From Hormiphora californensis (Eukaryota; Animalia; Ctenophora): a stretch of DNA of 64,000 bases. Below, one piece after another: positions 28,278-39,290 of the stretch; the stretch's first letter is position 1, and every line of letters starts with the position of its first letter. The position numbers and the translations under genes are program-made. Below the pieces are notes generated by a model. That model made no database searches. It was not told where the DNA came from and saw only the letters and a list, made by a program, of their open reading frames with translations. Where the stretch lies: the NCBI GenBank assembly GCA_020137815.1, contig CM035355.1, positions 4,588,001 to 4,652,000 on the forward strand, in the 5' to 3' direction.

Positions 28278-29651
28278 TTAAACAGCCGAAGAAGGCATTG
28301 GTTTCTGTTTTGGTCCTGGTTTCTTACCACCGGGAGGTTTTCTAGGAGCTGAGGAAGGTTGGAAGGTATTTGATCCAGCTTTCTTTCCCGGTGGAGGAGG
28401 AGGAGGAGGATTGTTCTGTTTATATTCCTTCACGTCGACAGGAACGTTATTAACCCGATAAATAGCTCCCTGCCCCGCCATTGTAAGAACTTTCTTTGCC
28501 TCGGGCAGGTAGGCGAATTCAACAAAAGCAATATGTTTACGTACGTCAACTCTCACTATTGTTCCGCAGTGCGAGAATGCTGCATGGACCTGGGCTTCAG
28601 TCGCATTATCAGGTAGCCCTCCAATGAAAATCTTCTTTCTAGGATCAGGGGCAAAGGGTTTGTTGGTGTTGTTGTTCTGATTTGGTTTCCTTTGGGCCGG
28701 TTTTTGGTTGGCATTAGGTTTAAATTCTGGCACCGGTTTCTGTTTTCTCTCCCGTTTCTTCTTCCCTGATGTGGTGCTAGCCACTGTAGAGGATACCACA
28801 CTCTCCTCTCCCTCACTCTCCTCAGAAACCTCACCTTTATCAGCAACAACTGGTGCTGGTACTACTGCACTCGATTTAGCTGCAAAGTAACTCTGTTGTA
28901 GGGCCATGATCTGCTTCATTTGTTCCATTGAGGTGCCCTCTGTGGACAGGGTAGTGATGAAGGAGTTGAAGTCAGCAACATCACTAAAAATAGAACTGAA
29001 ATCTATCTCCGGAGATTTCTCCAAAACCAGAGCCACATTTTCAGGGGATTTCTGAGCAAAACTGCTCAGCAGTACGTTACCATTGGCAGGTTTCAGTTTG
29101 AGGATTTTAAAAAACAGTTCCACGTCCACTTCCTCACTGTTCAACAACTTTTGTGAAGTCTCATTACCCACCGCATTGACATTCTTGTTCAGGAAATTGG
29201 TGACAATCTGAACAACCTGACTCCGGTGAGCGTTGTCCTGGAGTTTCTGTGCCACCCTGTACAAAAAGAAGGAATTCCTAGCATCAATATTGGATTTAAT
29301 CCAGTTCCTACACCGAGTAAAGAGATCCTGTACCCCGTACACACTCCCAAACTGTGTGGTAGTCTCAATGTTCTGGAGGGAGAGGTCCAGGGGTGCTCCG
29401 TACAGGAACTCCAGACATTTTATCAGGTCCTGGTTGGATGCCCCGGGCACTTCATCCAACACCAACACACTCCCCCCAAAGGGGAACATGGCCAACTCAC
29501 CCCGGAATAGGGCCTCCAGCACAGGGCTCTGCTGGGAGAGCACCATCCCCGAGCAGGAGAACTGCTTTCCACCTATCTGGAGGGTGACGGTGTGGGGGAA
29601 GGAGGCATCCCCTAGGAATCGGAGGAAATCACGGTCCAGGGATAGGGACAT
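28278..29651 (-). CDS. BTB/POZ-BACK protein with C-terminal RRM, intron-free CDS (457 aa)
   Basis: BTB: HTVTLQIGGKQFSCSGMVLSQQSPVLEALF..CLEFLYG..YGVQDLFTRCRNWI; BACK-like helices follow; RRM with RNP2 KIFIGGL and RNP1-like HIAFVEF; Pro/Lys-rich tail. Confidence 0.88.
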   Translation of the reverse strand: MSLSLDRDFLRFLGDASFPHTVTLQIGGKQFSCSGMVLSQQSPVLEALFRGELAMFPFGGSVLVLDEVPGASNQDLIKCLEFLYGAPLDLSLQNIETTTQFGSVYGVQDLFTRCRNWIKSNIDARNSFFLYRVAQKLQDNAHRSQVVQIVTNFLNKNVNAVGNETSQKLLNSEEVDVELFFKILKLKPANGNVLLSSFAQKSPENVALVLEKSPEIDFSSIFSDVADFNSFITTLSTEGTSMEQMKQIMALQQSYFAAKSSAVVPAPVVADKGEVSEESEGEESVVSSTVASTTSGKKKRERKQKPVPEFKPNANQKPAQRKPNQNNNTNKPFAPDPRKKIFIGGLPDNATEAQVHAAFSHCGTIVRVDVRKHIAFVEFAYLPEAKKVLTMAGQGAIYRVNNVPVDVKEYKQNNPPPPPPPGKKAGSNTFQPSSAPRKPPGGKKPGPKQKPMPSSAV

Positions 29652-29983
29652 GACACACGCACTGTCCCTGTAGTAGGGGGAGTTTAGGTTTCAGTGGGTT
29701 GGGGTTTAGTAGATAGGGGTGAGTGGTGAGGGGACTGGTGGGAGGGGGTGTCATAAAAATAATCTGGTCTTACAAGCATTGAAAAAAATCACAAACATGG
29801 CAACAAAAATCATTAAAAAAATAACTTATTCTCAAAAATCCCAAAAATAACAAAATCAAAATACATTCTTCTAACCAAACAAAATCCCAACAAAATACAA
29901 TGACTGGGCACAGATAGCTTCCAGTACAGGGAGGGGAGGCTCTTTGAGGAGCTGAAACCCGTAAAGTATCTGTACAAAGAGGA

Positions 29984-31258
29984 CTACAAGACTACAAGAA
30001 CAGATTCTGGTGCTGATTTCTGCTTTGCTGGCTTTTTCTTGCCAACTTTAGGAACGGGTAAAGCCATTTCAGGAGTTGAATCCTGGGGCATCTCGTCCGG
30101 ATTCTGGACTTGGTTTTTCTGATTGGGATTTTGTTGCTCTTTAGCTTGTTGTTTCTTTTTCTTTCCTCTCTGCTTCTTTGTCGCTGCTACTCCAATACCA
30201 GCAACTGCTGGAGATACAACACTTTCCTCCCCTTCCTTCTCTTTAGCAACATTTTGATTTGTAGCAGGGGGAGTTGGATTATTGGCATTGTTGTTTTGTT
30301 TTGGTTTTCTTTGGGCCGACTTTTGGTTGGCATTTGACACCGGTTTTTGTTTTTTCTCCCGTTTCTTCTTCCCTGATGTATTACTTGCCACTGTAGAAGA
30401 CACCACACTCTCCTCTCCCTCACTCTCCTCAGAAACCTCACCTTTATCAGCAACAACTGGTGCTGATACTACTGCACTCGATTTAGCTGCAAAGTAACTC
30501 TGTTGTAGGGCCATGATCTGCTTCATTTGTTCCATTGAGGTGCCCTCTGTGGACAGGGTAGTGATGAAGGAGTTGAAGTCAGCAACATCACTAAAAATAG
30601 AACTGAAATCTATCTCCGGAGATTTCTCCAAAACCAGAGCCACATTTTCGGAGGATTTCTGTGCAAAACTGCTCAGCAGTACGTTGCCATTGGCAGGTTT
30701 CAGTTTGAGGATCTTAAAAAACAGTTCCACATCCACTTCCTCACTGTTCAACAACTTTTGTGAAGTCTCATTACCCACCGCATTGACATTCTTGTTCAGG
30801 AAATTGGTGACAATCTGGTCAACCTGACTCCGGTGAGCGTTGTCCTGGAGTTTCTGGGCCACCCTGTACAAAAAGAAGGAATTCCTAGCATCAATATTGG
30901 ATTTAATCCAGTTCCTACACCGGGTAAAGAGATCCTGAACCCCGTACACACTCCCAAACTGTGTGGTAGTCTCAATATTCTGGAGGGAGAGGTCCAGGGG
31001 TGCACCGTACATGAACTCCAGACATTTTATCAGGTCCTGGTTGGATGCCCCGGGCACTTCATCCAACACCAACACACTCCCCCCAAAGGGGAACATGGCC
31101 AACTCACCCCGGAATAGGGCCTCCAGCACAGGGCTCTGCTGGGATAGCACCATCCCCGAGCAGGAGAACTGCTTTCCACCTATCTGGAGGGTGACGGTGT
31201 GGGGGAAGGAGGGATCCCCCAGGAATCGGAGGAAATCACGGTCCAGGGATAGGGACAT
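29984..31258 (-). CDS. BTB/POZ-BACK paralogue lacking the RRM, intron-free CDS (~424 aa)
   Basis: Near-identical to 28278-29651 over the first ~305 aa, then a different K/Q/N-rich tail; ATG of MSLSLD at 31258, 16 nt after a CTACAG acceptor as in the paralogue. Confidence 0.88.
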   Translation of the reverse strand: MSLSLDRDFLRFLGDPSFPHTVTLQIGGKQFSCSGMVLSQQSPVLEALFRGELAMFPFGGSVLVLDEVPGASNQDLIKCLEFMYGAPLDLSLQNIETTTQFGSVYGVQDLFTRCRNWIKSNIDARNSFFLYRVAQKLQDNAHRSQVDQIVTNFLNKNVNAVGNETSQKLLNSEEVDVELFFKILKLKPANGNVLLSSFAQKSSENVALVLEKSPEIDFSSIFSDVADFNSFITTLSTEGTSMEQMKQIMALQQSYFAAKSSAVVSAPVVADKGEVSEESEGEESVVSSTVASNTSGKKKREKKQKPVSNANQKSAQRKPKQNNNANNPTPPATNQNVAKEKEGEESVVSPAVAGIGVAATKKQRGKKKKQQAKEQQNPNQKNQVQNPDEMPQDSTPEMALPVPKVGKKKPAKQKSAPESVLVVL

Positions 31259-31314
31259 GACACACACACTGTCCCTGTAGTCAGATATGGGGTTGAGATT
31301 CGGGGGTTTAGAAC

Positions 31315-31503
31315 TGTTTTAGTGGCGGGTGGGGTTTTAGTGGCGGGTGGGGTTTTAGTGGCGGCTGGGGTTTTAGTGGCGGATGGGGGTTTCGTGACGG
31401 GTGGGGTTTTAGTGGCGGGTGGGGTTTTAGTGGTGGGTGAGGTTTTAGTGGCGGGCGCGGCGGGGTTTTAGTGGCGGGTGAGGTTTTAGTGGCGGGCGGG
31501 GGT
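31315..31503. repeat. ~19-bp G-rich minisatellite x~9
   Basis: GGGTGGGGTTTTAGTGGC-like units immediately upstream of the BTB gene acceptor. Confidence 0.85.
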
Positions 31504-31678
31504 TATTATATAGACAGCGATTGAACTCCCCACTATGGATTGCACAGTATAACCTCCAATCCTCTCCACAGTGGAGAGCACGGAGAGTTAAATATGATAG
31601 TATAGTAGAGAGAGAATCATTGAGGAAAACCGCCTTCGTAGCGTTATAATAATTATTCATTTGCTCAATGGAGCGATC

Positions 31679-31929
31679 GGGATAGCATATAAACGAGGGA
31701 TTGCTACGTACACAGTCAGCTTACAACAATAAGCTATAATAATGATAACTGATTGTTGTAAGCTGATTGCGTGCAGCAATCCCTCATTGAGGAAAATGAC
31801 CTTCGTAGCGTTATAATTATAACTGATTGTTGAAAGCTTACAACAATCGTCAATCAGTTATAATTATTATAACAGATTGTTGTAAGTTGACTGTGTGTAG
31901 CAATCCCTCGTTTACTTATATGCTATCCC
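31679..31929. mobile_element. ~250-bp hairpin/MITE
   Basis: GGGATAGCATATAA..CGAGGGATTGCTAC..CACAGTCA / TGACTGTG..GTAGCAATCCCTCG..TTATATGCTATCCC inverted ends. Confidence 0.6.
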
Positions 31930-32401
31930 TCGCACCCTAGATCAATTGAAGCTTTTGTCTCTCCTTAGTCCTTTTACTTGTAGATTCACAAATCGAAGTT
32001 TTTCAAAAACAAAATACAGCGATGATTTTTAAAGTGAGAGTGAACCGAATCAGAATTGGACAAGTTTCTTGTAGGTAGTAGAGATTAGCTCTCTGAATTA
32101 TAGTATCTAGAGGGAGAGGGGTTAATATCATCAAGGATATTATAGGATAATCGGTGATCGAGATGGATGGAGGGGCCAAGCATAGCCCTCTTAGCTGCAT
32201 TAGACAACACGCACACATTACATCGCTTGGCTTTATTATATTATATCTGAAGGCATCCTGTATCGTCTATTGTTATTATTATTCTTATCAGTTGACTATT
32301 CCCTGATTCATGCTCTCTTATCTAACATTATTAACGTGTAGGCGAGAATAATAATGATTCCGCCTCGATGACGATGTTATAGCTATTCCCCGCTAAGAGT
32401 C

Positions 32402-35400
32402 ATGTTGTTGGTATTTGTGGTAATTCTCTTAGCCTTGGCACTAGAAAGTGGAGCAACAGGTATTATTAAGTTACAACTATTATTATTAAGTTACAAATAT
32501 TTGGGGGGGGTTCAACCTAAAAATTTCCATTTCCATTTGCCAAAATCCGGGTATCGATGGAAATTTTTAGAAATTTTTAGAAATTTTTAGAAGTTTTTAG
32601 AAATTTTTAGAAGTTTTTAGTACTAAAAATTTCCAAAAATTTCTAAAAATTTCCAAAAATTTCCATTAATTTCCAAAAATTTCTAAAAATTTCTAAAAAT
32701 TTCCAAAAATTTCCATTGACCAAGAAAAGAAAAATTAACAAAAACTTGAAAATATATAAACACAGTTGTCGAAGAACTGGTTCCTTTTCCTTACCTCTTG
32801 TGACAACTGAGCATCAATAAGTTATTGAATGATAGATAAGACATCGATATCATATATTTTTGGGCAATCCGTACAATTTCTTCAGAAATCATAGCTTCAT
32901 TGGACAACTAAGGACGCGGACGTCTCGAAAACTGATTTAAAAGTAAGTTACCAAATAGCACAAGATACCTTATGTACTTATATAAGGTGCTATTTGGTAA
33001 CTTACTTTTAAATATTCCTTCGGACGGGTCCTTTTACCATGACTAATGCTTAATACCGTAGTAGATCAGGTTTCTTAGCATACAATATAGAAACTTAAAC
33101 TCTTTTTTAAACTCGATAAGGGATATAGCGAGAATAAGTACTAACTTACTGTCGAAAACATGCATAGATTACCTGTCATTACCTTGGAATTGGGTTACCG
33201 ACGAACTTATATAAACTTCTAAAAGTTTCTAAAAACTTCTAAAAATTTCTAAAAATTTCTAAAAACTTCTAAAAATTTCTAAAAATTTCCATTTAATAAA
33301 AACTTCCAAAAATTTCCATTGTCCATAAATTTCTAAAAATTTCTAAAAATTTCTAAAAATTTCCAAAAAATTCTAAAAATTTCCAAAAATTTCCAAAAAT
33401 TTCTAAAAATTTCTAAAAATTTCCAAAATAAAATTTCCATTTGCCAAAAAAGTGGGTATCAATGGAAATTTTTAGGGTTGAACCCCCCCCAATATTTTGT
33501 GTTTTTTGGTAATACAAGCTCAAAACCACTATCCAAACCATCTTGGAATGACTGACGGTTGTAAAATTTCAGTTGATCTGTTCGTTTTGTCAAAAAAAAA
33601 CCGGGCGAACCTACTGAATATCGAGTACTGACCCTGTTTGTTATCAGATCAGTGTGTTGATAAGATTCAGTATCCATCTGTTGCTGACAAGGTCAGCTAT
33701 GCAATACAAGAGTACACAGGGAATGGAAGTTTTAACGAGTTCACTCTAGCATTCTGGTTCCGGTACGATGCGTGGCCGTCAAATGATTATGAATGCATCA
33801 TGGGCTACTCAACAGGGGTTCCCGCCAGCCATTTAACAACACAAGATTTGAACGATGAATCCCTTGATGCGTGGTTTGTCAAATCAGACAAAAAACTGCG
33901 TGTTCACTATGCCAAGGATAATAAAATTTGTAAGTTACATATTTTAAGATATTAGTGAGTAGAACGAAACATAATCAGAACTACTTAAATGCACAAGGCC
34001 AATATTAACACATATTTTTAAGTGACAACAACTACGATTTCACTTGGCACCTGGAACCACTACACGGTCACATTCAACACCAATTCTGGTGGCTTAAAGA
34101 TCTACGAGAATGGTGTAAAAACAGTATCAAGGGACGATCTTGCTAGCTATCCGATTCTTAATGCGGGATACCAGGTTTTTGGTCAGGTAACTGAACTCCG
34201 TGGAATTATGAAGTGGCGGTTCAAGGCCCGCCGCACATTTCGGACCATAGTATCCGTGCAATCTAAGAACGTCTTATGGGGCCATAGGCCCACAATAGCG
34301 GGCTCACTCGAAACTTGCTTTTGCTGCTAGCTGGGCAGTGGGCACCCAAAACTATGGTGCACCAGTAACACGCAAAGTGGACCGCCACTTCTAAAGGAGA
34401 CCGAGTATAAACTACCTTGAGTAATCTAGAACTGCCATAACGTGTCAACTTAACTATTTATTGATTCTAAACCTCCCTAGGATCAAGATAAACCAGGAGA
34501 TCCAAGTTCATTTGACTCGGGACAGTCCTGTACGGGACAAGTCAAACAGCCATTCTTCTCAAGCGAAGCACTGAATTCGGACGAGGTAGCGTCGTTGTAC
34601 ATCACAGGAGTCCCTCCAACCGGGAAGAACATGATTAACAGTCTTACTAGATACGGCGACATTGACATCTCATACACAATTTGTGGGAAAGGAGGTATGC
34701 CGTCTCTTTATCCTCTTGTTATTTTTACCCTGCCCGGCCGGGTGATCTTTTTAGCACGTGCACTAAAAAGATTATTCAGGGTTCAGAAATCACTAATCAG
34801 GAGTGCCGGTGCCCTGCATTCTCCTGGTGAATCGTGAAACTCACTTTTTCTACAGTTCAGATACACCTTATAATCCTCCAAATCGTGCTTTGAACATAAA
34901 ATTTATAGGGGCAATGTAATTCCTTCACTAAATGATACTAATAGGTCCACCCTACCACCAAACGAAAGTTTACCAACCAACTCCATGGGGGGAGGTCCGA
35001 TAATTGGCCTTAATTGACACCTGTATTTTCAGCCTGAGGCCAAAACCATAAGTACCCTTGAAATAGGAGTAGAGACAAATCTGAGTGCACTAAAGTGATC
35101 AGCGTCCTCGCATTAGTGGGGGTAGGTGGTGGAATTAAGTCTCTATCTCATCTGGTTAATTAGATAATTGGATAATTAGATATGCGCATAACCGTATTTT
35201 GGCTATATGGCTATAGCCACTTAGGAATGGTTTAGAGACGTTTCATTGGTGCCAATTTGTAGGCAAAGGCCAAGTTATGGGGGGTCGACGTCGGACTTTT
35301 AAGCTCTATCTTCAACCGTTTAGCCGTTATTTGGCTTTAAAGGTACTCAAAATGAGCAAAAAACGGTAAAAAGCCCGATTTTGAGCACCTTTAAAGCCAA

Positions 35401-37465
35401 ATAACGGCTAAACGGTTGAAGATAGAGCTTAAAAGCCCGACGTCGACCCCCCATAACTTGGCCTTTGCCTACAAATTGGCACCGATGAAACGTCTCTAAA
35501 CCATTCCTAAGTGGCTATAGCCATATAGCCAAAATACGGTTATGCGCATATCTAATTATCCAATTATCTAATTAACCAGATGAGATAGAGAAATAATTCC
35601 ACCACTTACCCCCACTAATGCGAGGACGCTGATCACTTTAGTGCCCTCAGATTTGTCTCTACTCCTATTTTAAGGGTACTTATGGTTTTGGCCTCAGGCT
35701 GAAAATACAGGTGTCAATTAAGGCCAATTATCGGACCTCCCCCCATGGAGTTGGTTGGTAAACTTCCGTTTGGTGGTAGGTGGGACCCATTAGCACCATT
35801 TAGTGAAGGAATTACATTGCCCCTATAAAAATCATGATTTTAACACTTTTATACGCGATTTGGGAGGATTATTATTTGCAGAATTGCCCAATGAAATCAG
35901 GTTTCTCCGCACGAAATACTTCTACTTAAATGCATTATTATGGGGGTTAAGCAGCCTGGTGAGACTGAAATATAAATTTTCTCAGATTGGACAGCTGTAG
36001 AGCGGAATGAGAATATACCTATACCCTGGGACCTGGAGGGAACACCTATCCAGATAAAGACAGACTCTACAGAGGGCATCTATATGATGATGTACGGTAA
36101 CGGAAGCAGCTTGATCGGTCATGTGATTGTGGAGTTCTCCTCCCCAATGAAGTATTTTATAGGCTACTGCACCAGCGACATCACAGACCTACCAGTTCAA
36201 CCCCCGGTTGAAATGGATAAGATCTGGACGATCACTAAAACAAAGACCGCCTTCATAATCACATATAACAATGTGGAGGTGCTGAACTTTCTATTCGCGG
36301 AAAGCTCAAACAGCAGATGTGTTTCAAAGTGGGGTGGTAATGTTGTGGAGCAGATCTCGTTTGCCAGTGACACATCATCTGACTTCTACAGAGCAGGTAA
36401 GGGTCTATACTGTACCACATTATTAAACTTCAAAGTTTGGGTGTTGGATTAGCGGAATTTTACGTTATTATTCTGTTGGGCTACACTTGGCATATCAATA
36501 TCATATGATCATCAATATATAATATGAACTCTCAACTCACGCCAATTACTATTTCAGCACCCGACTGTCCTGCCTTCACTGTTGAGGGATCAACACAAGA
36601 AAACGTGACTGCCTCACAAACAGGGACGACTACCGTCATCGAATGTGCTGCCACCCATATCCTAGTGGGAAGTGCAACACTGATTTGTCAGGAGGATGGA
36701 TATTGGTCAAGTGGTATACCACAGTGCGATAAAATTGGTAAGTATAGAATTCACACTTCGATAGCTCAATTCACATGCCCTTATTTCTAGGGAATTTAAA
36801 ATTAAGAATATATATTTCCATTTTTTCACCAGAGTGTCCTGCCTTCACTGTTGAAGGATCAACACAAGAAGGTTCGACGGCAAAGGAAGTCGTGACCGGA
36901 ATTACCGTCACCTGCAAGCACAAGCATGTACTGATCGGTAACAGTGTTATAACCTGTCAAGACGATGGAGAGTGGAGTCACAGTGTTGAGTGCAGACGAC
37001 TTGGTAAGTTTTCAACGGGTTGAAGGGGGTGACCTCGACCCATCCAATGACGGTACCGACTAGAATTACAGACGACCACAAAACGTCAAATAAAAGTATC
37101 AGGGTACTTTTGTTTAGCAGCGGACATTGTGCCAGAAGAATTTGTTGTGACAAACTAAATTTTATAATGTACAACTACAGTCGGACCCCGATTTACCGGA
37201 ACCCCGATTTACCGGGAGGATAAACTTCCCCCGATATGGGAAAATAACGGTATTTGACCCCGATATTCCGGGCACCCCGATTTAACGGGAAAAACCCTTT
37301 CCCCCGAGCATCCCGGTAAATCGGGGTCCGACTGTACATAAATGTATGTACATTATAACGTGTAACTGGTTGATTGTATTGTTTCTGTGAGAGAGGGTCA
37401 GCGTGATACCAGACACTACTGTTTTGCCGTTTTGGCATTGTTCACCAGACACCTCAATGAGGTAG
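32402..37465 (+). CDS. Secreted pentraxin/LamG + unnamed ~135-aa domain + 2 sushi(CCP) protein
   Basis: Signal-peptide exon 32402-32459; pentraxin exons 33648-33928, 34023-34186, 34481-34693 (FTLAFWF, WNHYTVTF, KIYENG, FGQDQDKPG..FDSGQSCTG); exon 35987-36396; sushi exons 36559-36737 and 36833-37003 (C..C...LVGSATLICQEDGYWS..PQC). Last exon (37449-37465) tentative. Confidence 0.8.
32503..33490. mobile_element. MULE/FB-like element with 10-bp subterminal tandem arrays
   Basis: TIR GGGGGGGGTTCAACC.TAAAAATTTCCATT / AATGGAAATTTTTAGGGTTGAACCCCCCCC; flanks share AATATTT; arrays of AAATTTCTAA/AAATTTCCAA; internal hairpin 32937-33011. Confidence 0.72.
34902..35829. mobile_element. ~0.93-kb foldback element in an intron of the pentraxin-sushi gene
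   Basis: TAGGGGCAATGTAATTCCTTCACTAAATG...CATTTAGTGAAGGAATTACATTGCCCCTA; arms ~450 bp with few mismatches; core shared with 53752-55104. Confidence 0.85.
37178..37334. mobile_element. Tc1/mariner-type MITE (CAGTCGGACCCCGA family)
   Basis: TIR CAGTCGGACCCCGATTTACCGG...CCGGTAAATCGGGGTCCGACTG with TA TSD. Confidence 0.85.
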
Positions 37466-38221
37466 CTGTTTGATGCAGCTCACTGGAAAATAGGATCACA
37501 CGGTGAGTTTTGCTACATGCTTCCATTGCGTTTGGAATAAATTGAGTTTAATTACATGGCAAAATTTGGTTTAGCAAATGATATACATATTGTATCTCAC
37601 CCAGAAACATTACTGGGACACATTTATTATAATCACACACTTTTCCAACAGAAGTACCGTAGTGACGCACGGAAGGAGCCACGGATAAAATAAGGATTCG
37701 GGGAACGACGAGGGACCCTCCTTACCAAACCCACTACAGTACCATCTACATCATACCCATGCAATTCCATAGACTACCGAAATGCAAGAGAGCGCCTAAG
37801 AGCATTTAAATTTTTACTCATTCTCAAGTTGAGCTGACACCTGAGAGCGTCTAGTAGTCTTTATCACTGGGACTGGTTTAGGGGCTATGGTGGAGGATTT
37901 CATGGTGGGTGGGGACTAGGGACTAGGGAATAGGGGGGGTTTAAATTAAACTTGGAAACAAAGACAGCAATTGAAATCCTTTTTAAGAAATATAAAGTTA
38001 GAATTGAATTGTGATAAAAAACATACAGATACAATAACTTAAAAAACATGTGGTTAAAATTATCCCTGGTTTGATATTTGATTTCGTTAAAAACAACTTG
38101 AAGGTCCATTGGCCCTCTATGAAATAAACAATACAGTTCACTGTTTATTCAAATTGGACATTACCAATTTGGCACAGGTGAAATAAAAACAATTTGTGAG
38201 TCTTTCTCCATCACACCGCCT

Positions 38222-38911
38222 TTACTTTGCCAGCTGGAGATTCAGTACAGAAGAGTTCTTGCCAAGCTTGATGGACAGAGTTATTTCACCGGGCTTCGCT
38301 GATTCTTTCGATGGTTTCTTTCCTGATGCACCAGTTGTTTTCTTAGTGGAAGTTGCAGGTTTCTGGGCGGCAGGTTTTTTGGTGGCAACCACAAGGTTCT
38401 TTCCGGATGTTTTGCTCTTTGTAGCTGGGTTTGCAGGTTTTTTAGCCGGGGCTGATGGCTTTTTGGTCGGGGCTGTTTGCTTTTTGGCCGGGGCTGTTTG
38501 CTTTTTGGCCGGGCCTGTTTGCTTTTTGGCCGGGACTGCAGCTGATGGCTTTTTGGCCGGGACTGCAGCTGATGGCTTTTTAGTCGGGGCAGGTGGCTTT
38601 TTAGCCGTAGTACTAGGTTGAGTTTTTCTGGCTGGGACGAGAGATTTACTTTTGGCAGATGGAACTGAAGCTTCTCCGCCAGACGTTGAAATCGTTCTCT
38701 TCTTTGAAGCTGGCTTCTTACCAGATGTGTTAGGTGCAGGTCTTTTCCGTTTACCTGAACCAGATGCAGATGCCGTCTCCAATACATGAACTGATTCAAA
38801 TACGGTTCTCGAACCTTGAGCCATCATAACGCCAGGGCTTCCAAATGGGTCTCCACCTTGGAGATAAAGAAACCGGTCGTCCCTTTGATATCCTTGATAT
38901 GAGTAGGCCAT
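38222..38911 (-). CDS. Basic PAKK-repeat protein with C-terminal ITxSxK motif, intron-free CDS (229 aa)
   Basis: Open ORF; TCTAG acceptor 8 nt before ATG; KRKRP NLS-like motif; histone-H1-tail-like PAKK repeats; AATAAA ~75 nt after the stop; N-terminus MAYSY and C-terminus GEITLSIK resemble the 41015-42298 protein. Confidence 0.75.
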   Translation of the reverse strand: MAYSYQGYQRDDRFLYLQGGDPFGSPGVMMAQGSRTVFESVHVLETASASGSGKRKRPAPNTSGKKPASKKRTISTSGGEASVPSAKSKSLVPARKTQPSTTAKKPPAPTKKPSAAVPAKKPSAAVPAKKQTGPAKKQTAPAKKQTAPTKKPSAPAKKPANPATKSKTSGKNLVVATKKPAAQKPATSTKKTTGASGKKPSKESAKPGEITLSIKLGKNSSVLNLQLAK

Positions 38912-38994
38912 GACTGCACCTAGACAAGAAAATCGAGGGATTTAGATAACAAATTAGAGTGGAGGGGTGGTAATTTGTGATTTCTAGCAAATGA

Positions 38995-39290
38995 TTCATA
39001 CAGAGGACTTTGCAAAAACGGTTTAAAAATCAAATTTGATACAAAACCATACCATAAACCCCCCATAAACAATCCTACAAAAATACCGGTTAAAAAATAA
39101 TATTCTTAGCACATTCAAAACAAAATCAAAGTCAAATCAAAAGTATATTAAATCATACGGCCTTTTACTTAGGGATTTTAATATGGACAGTATTGTTGTC
39201 AGAAGTTTTGACCGAAACAGTAATACAACCTGAATTTTGCTTTCCGCTGTTTGAAGGGTTTCCTGATTTTTTAGACGGGTTTCCTGCCTT
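38995..39290 (-). repeat. 296-bp direct duplicate of 40845-41140 (3' end and 3'UTR of the RRM gene)
   Basis: Sequences match at offset 1850; only 2 mismatches seen (GAAGGG vs GGGGGG). Confidence 0.9.

Noticed and set aside
31315-31503. Telomere or interstitial telomeric repeat
   Set aside because: The unit is ~19 bp and is not a TTAGGG or pure G4T4 array.
38222-38911. Histone H1
   Set aside because: PAKK tail only; no winged-helix globular domain.
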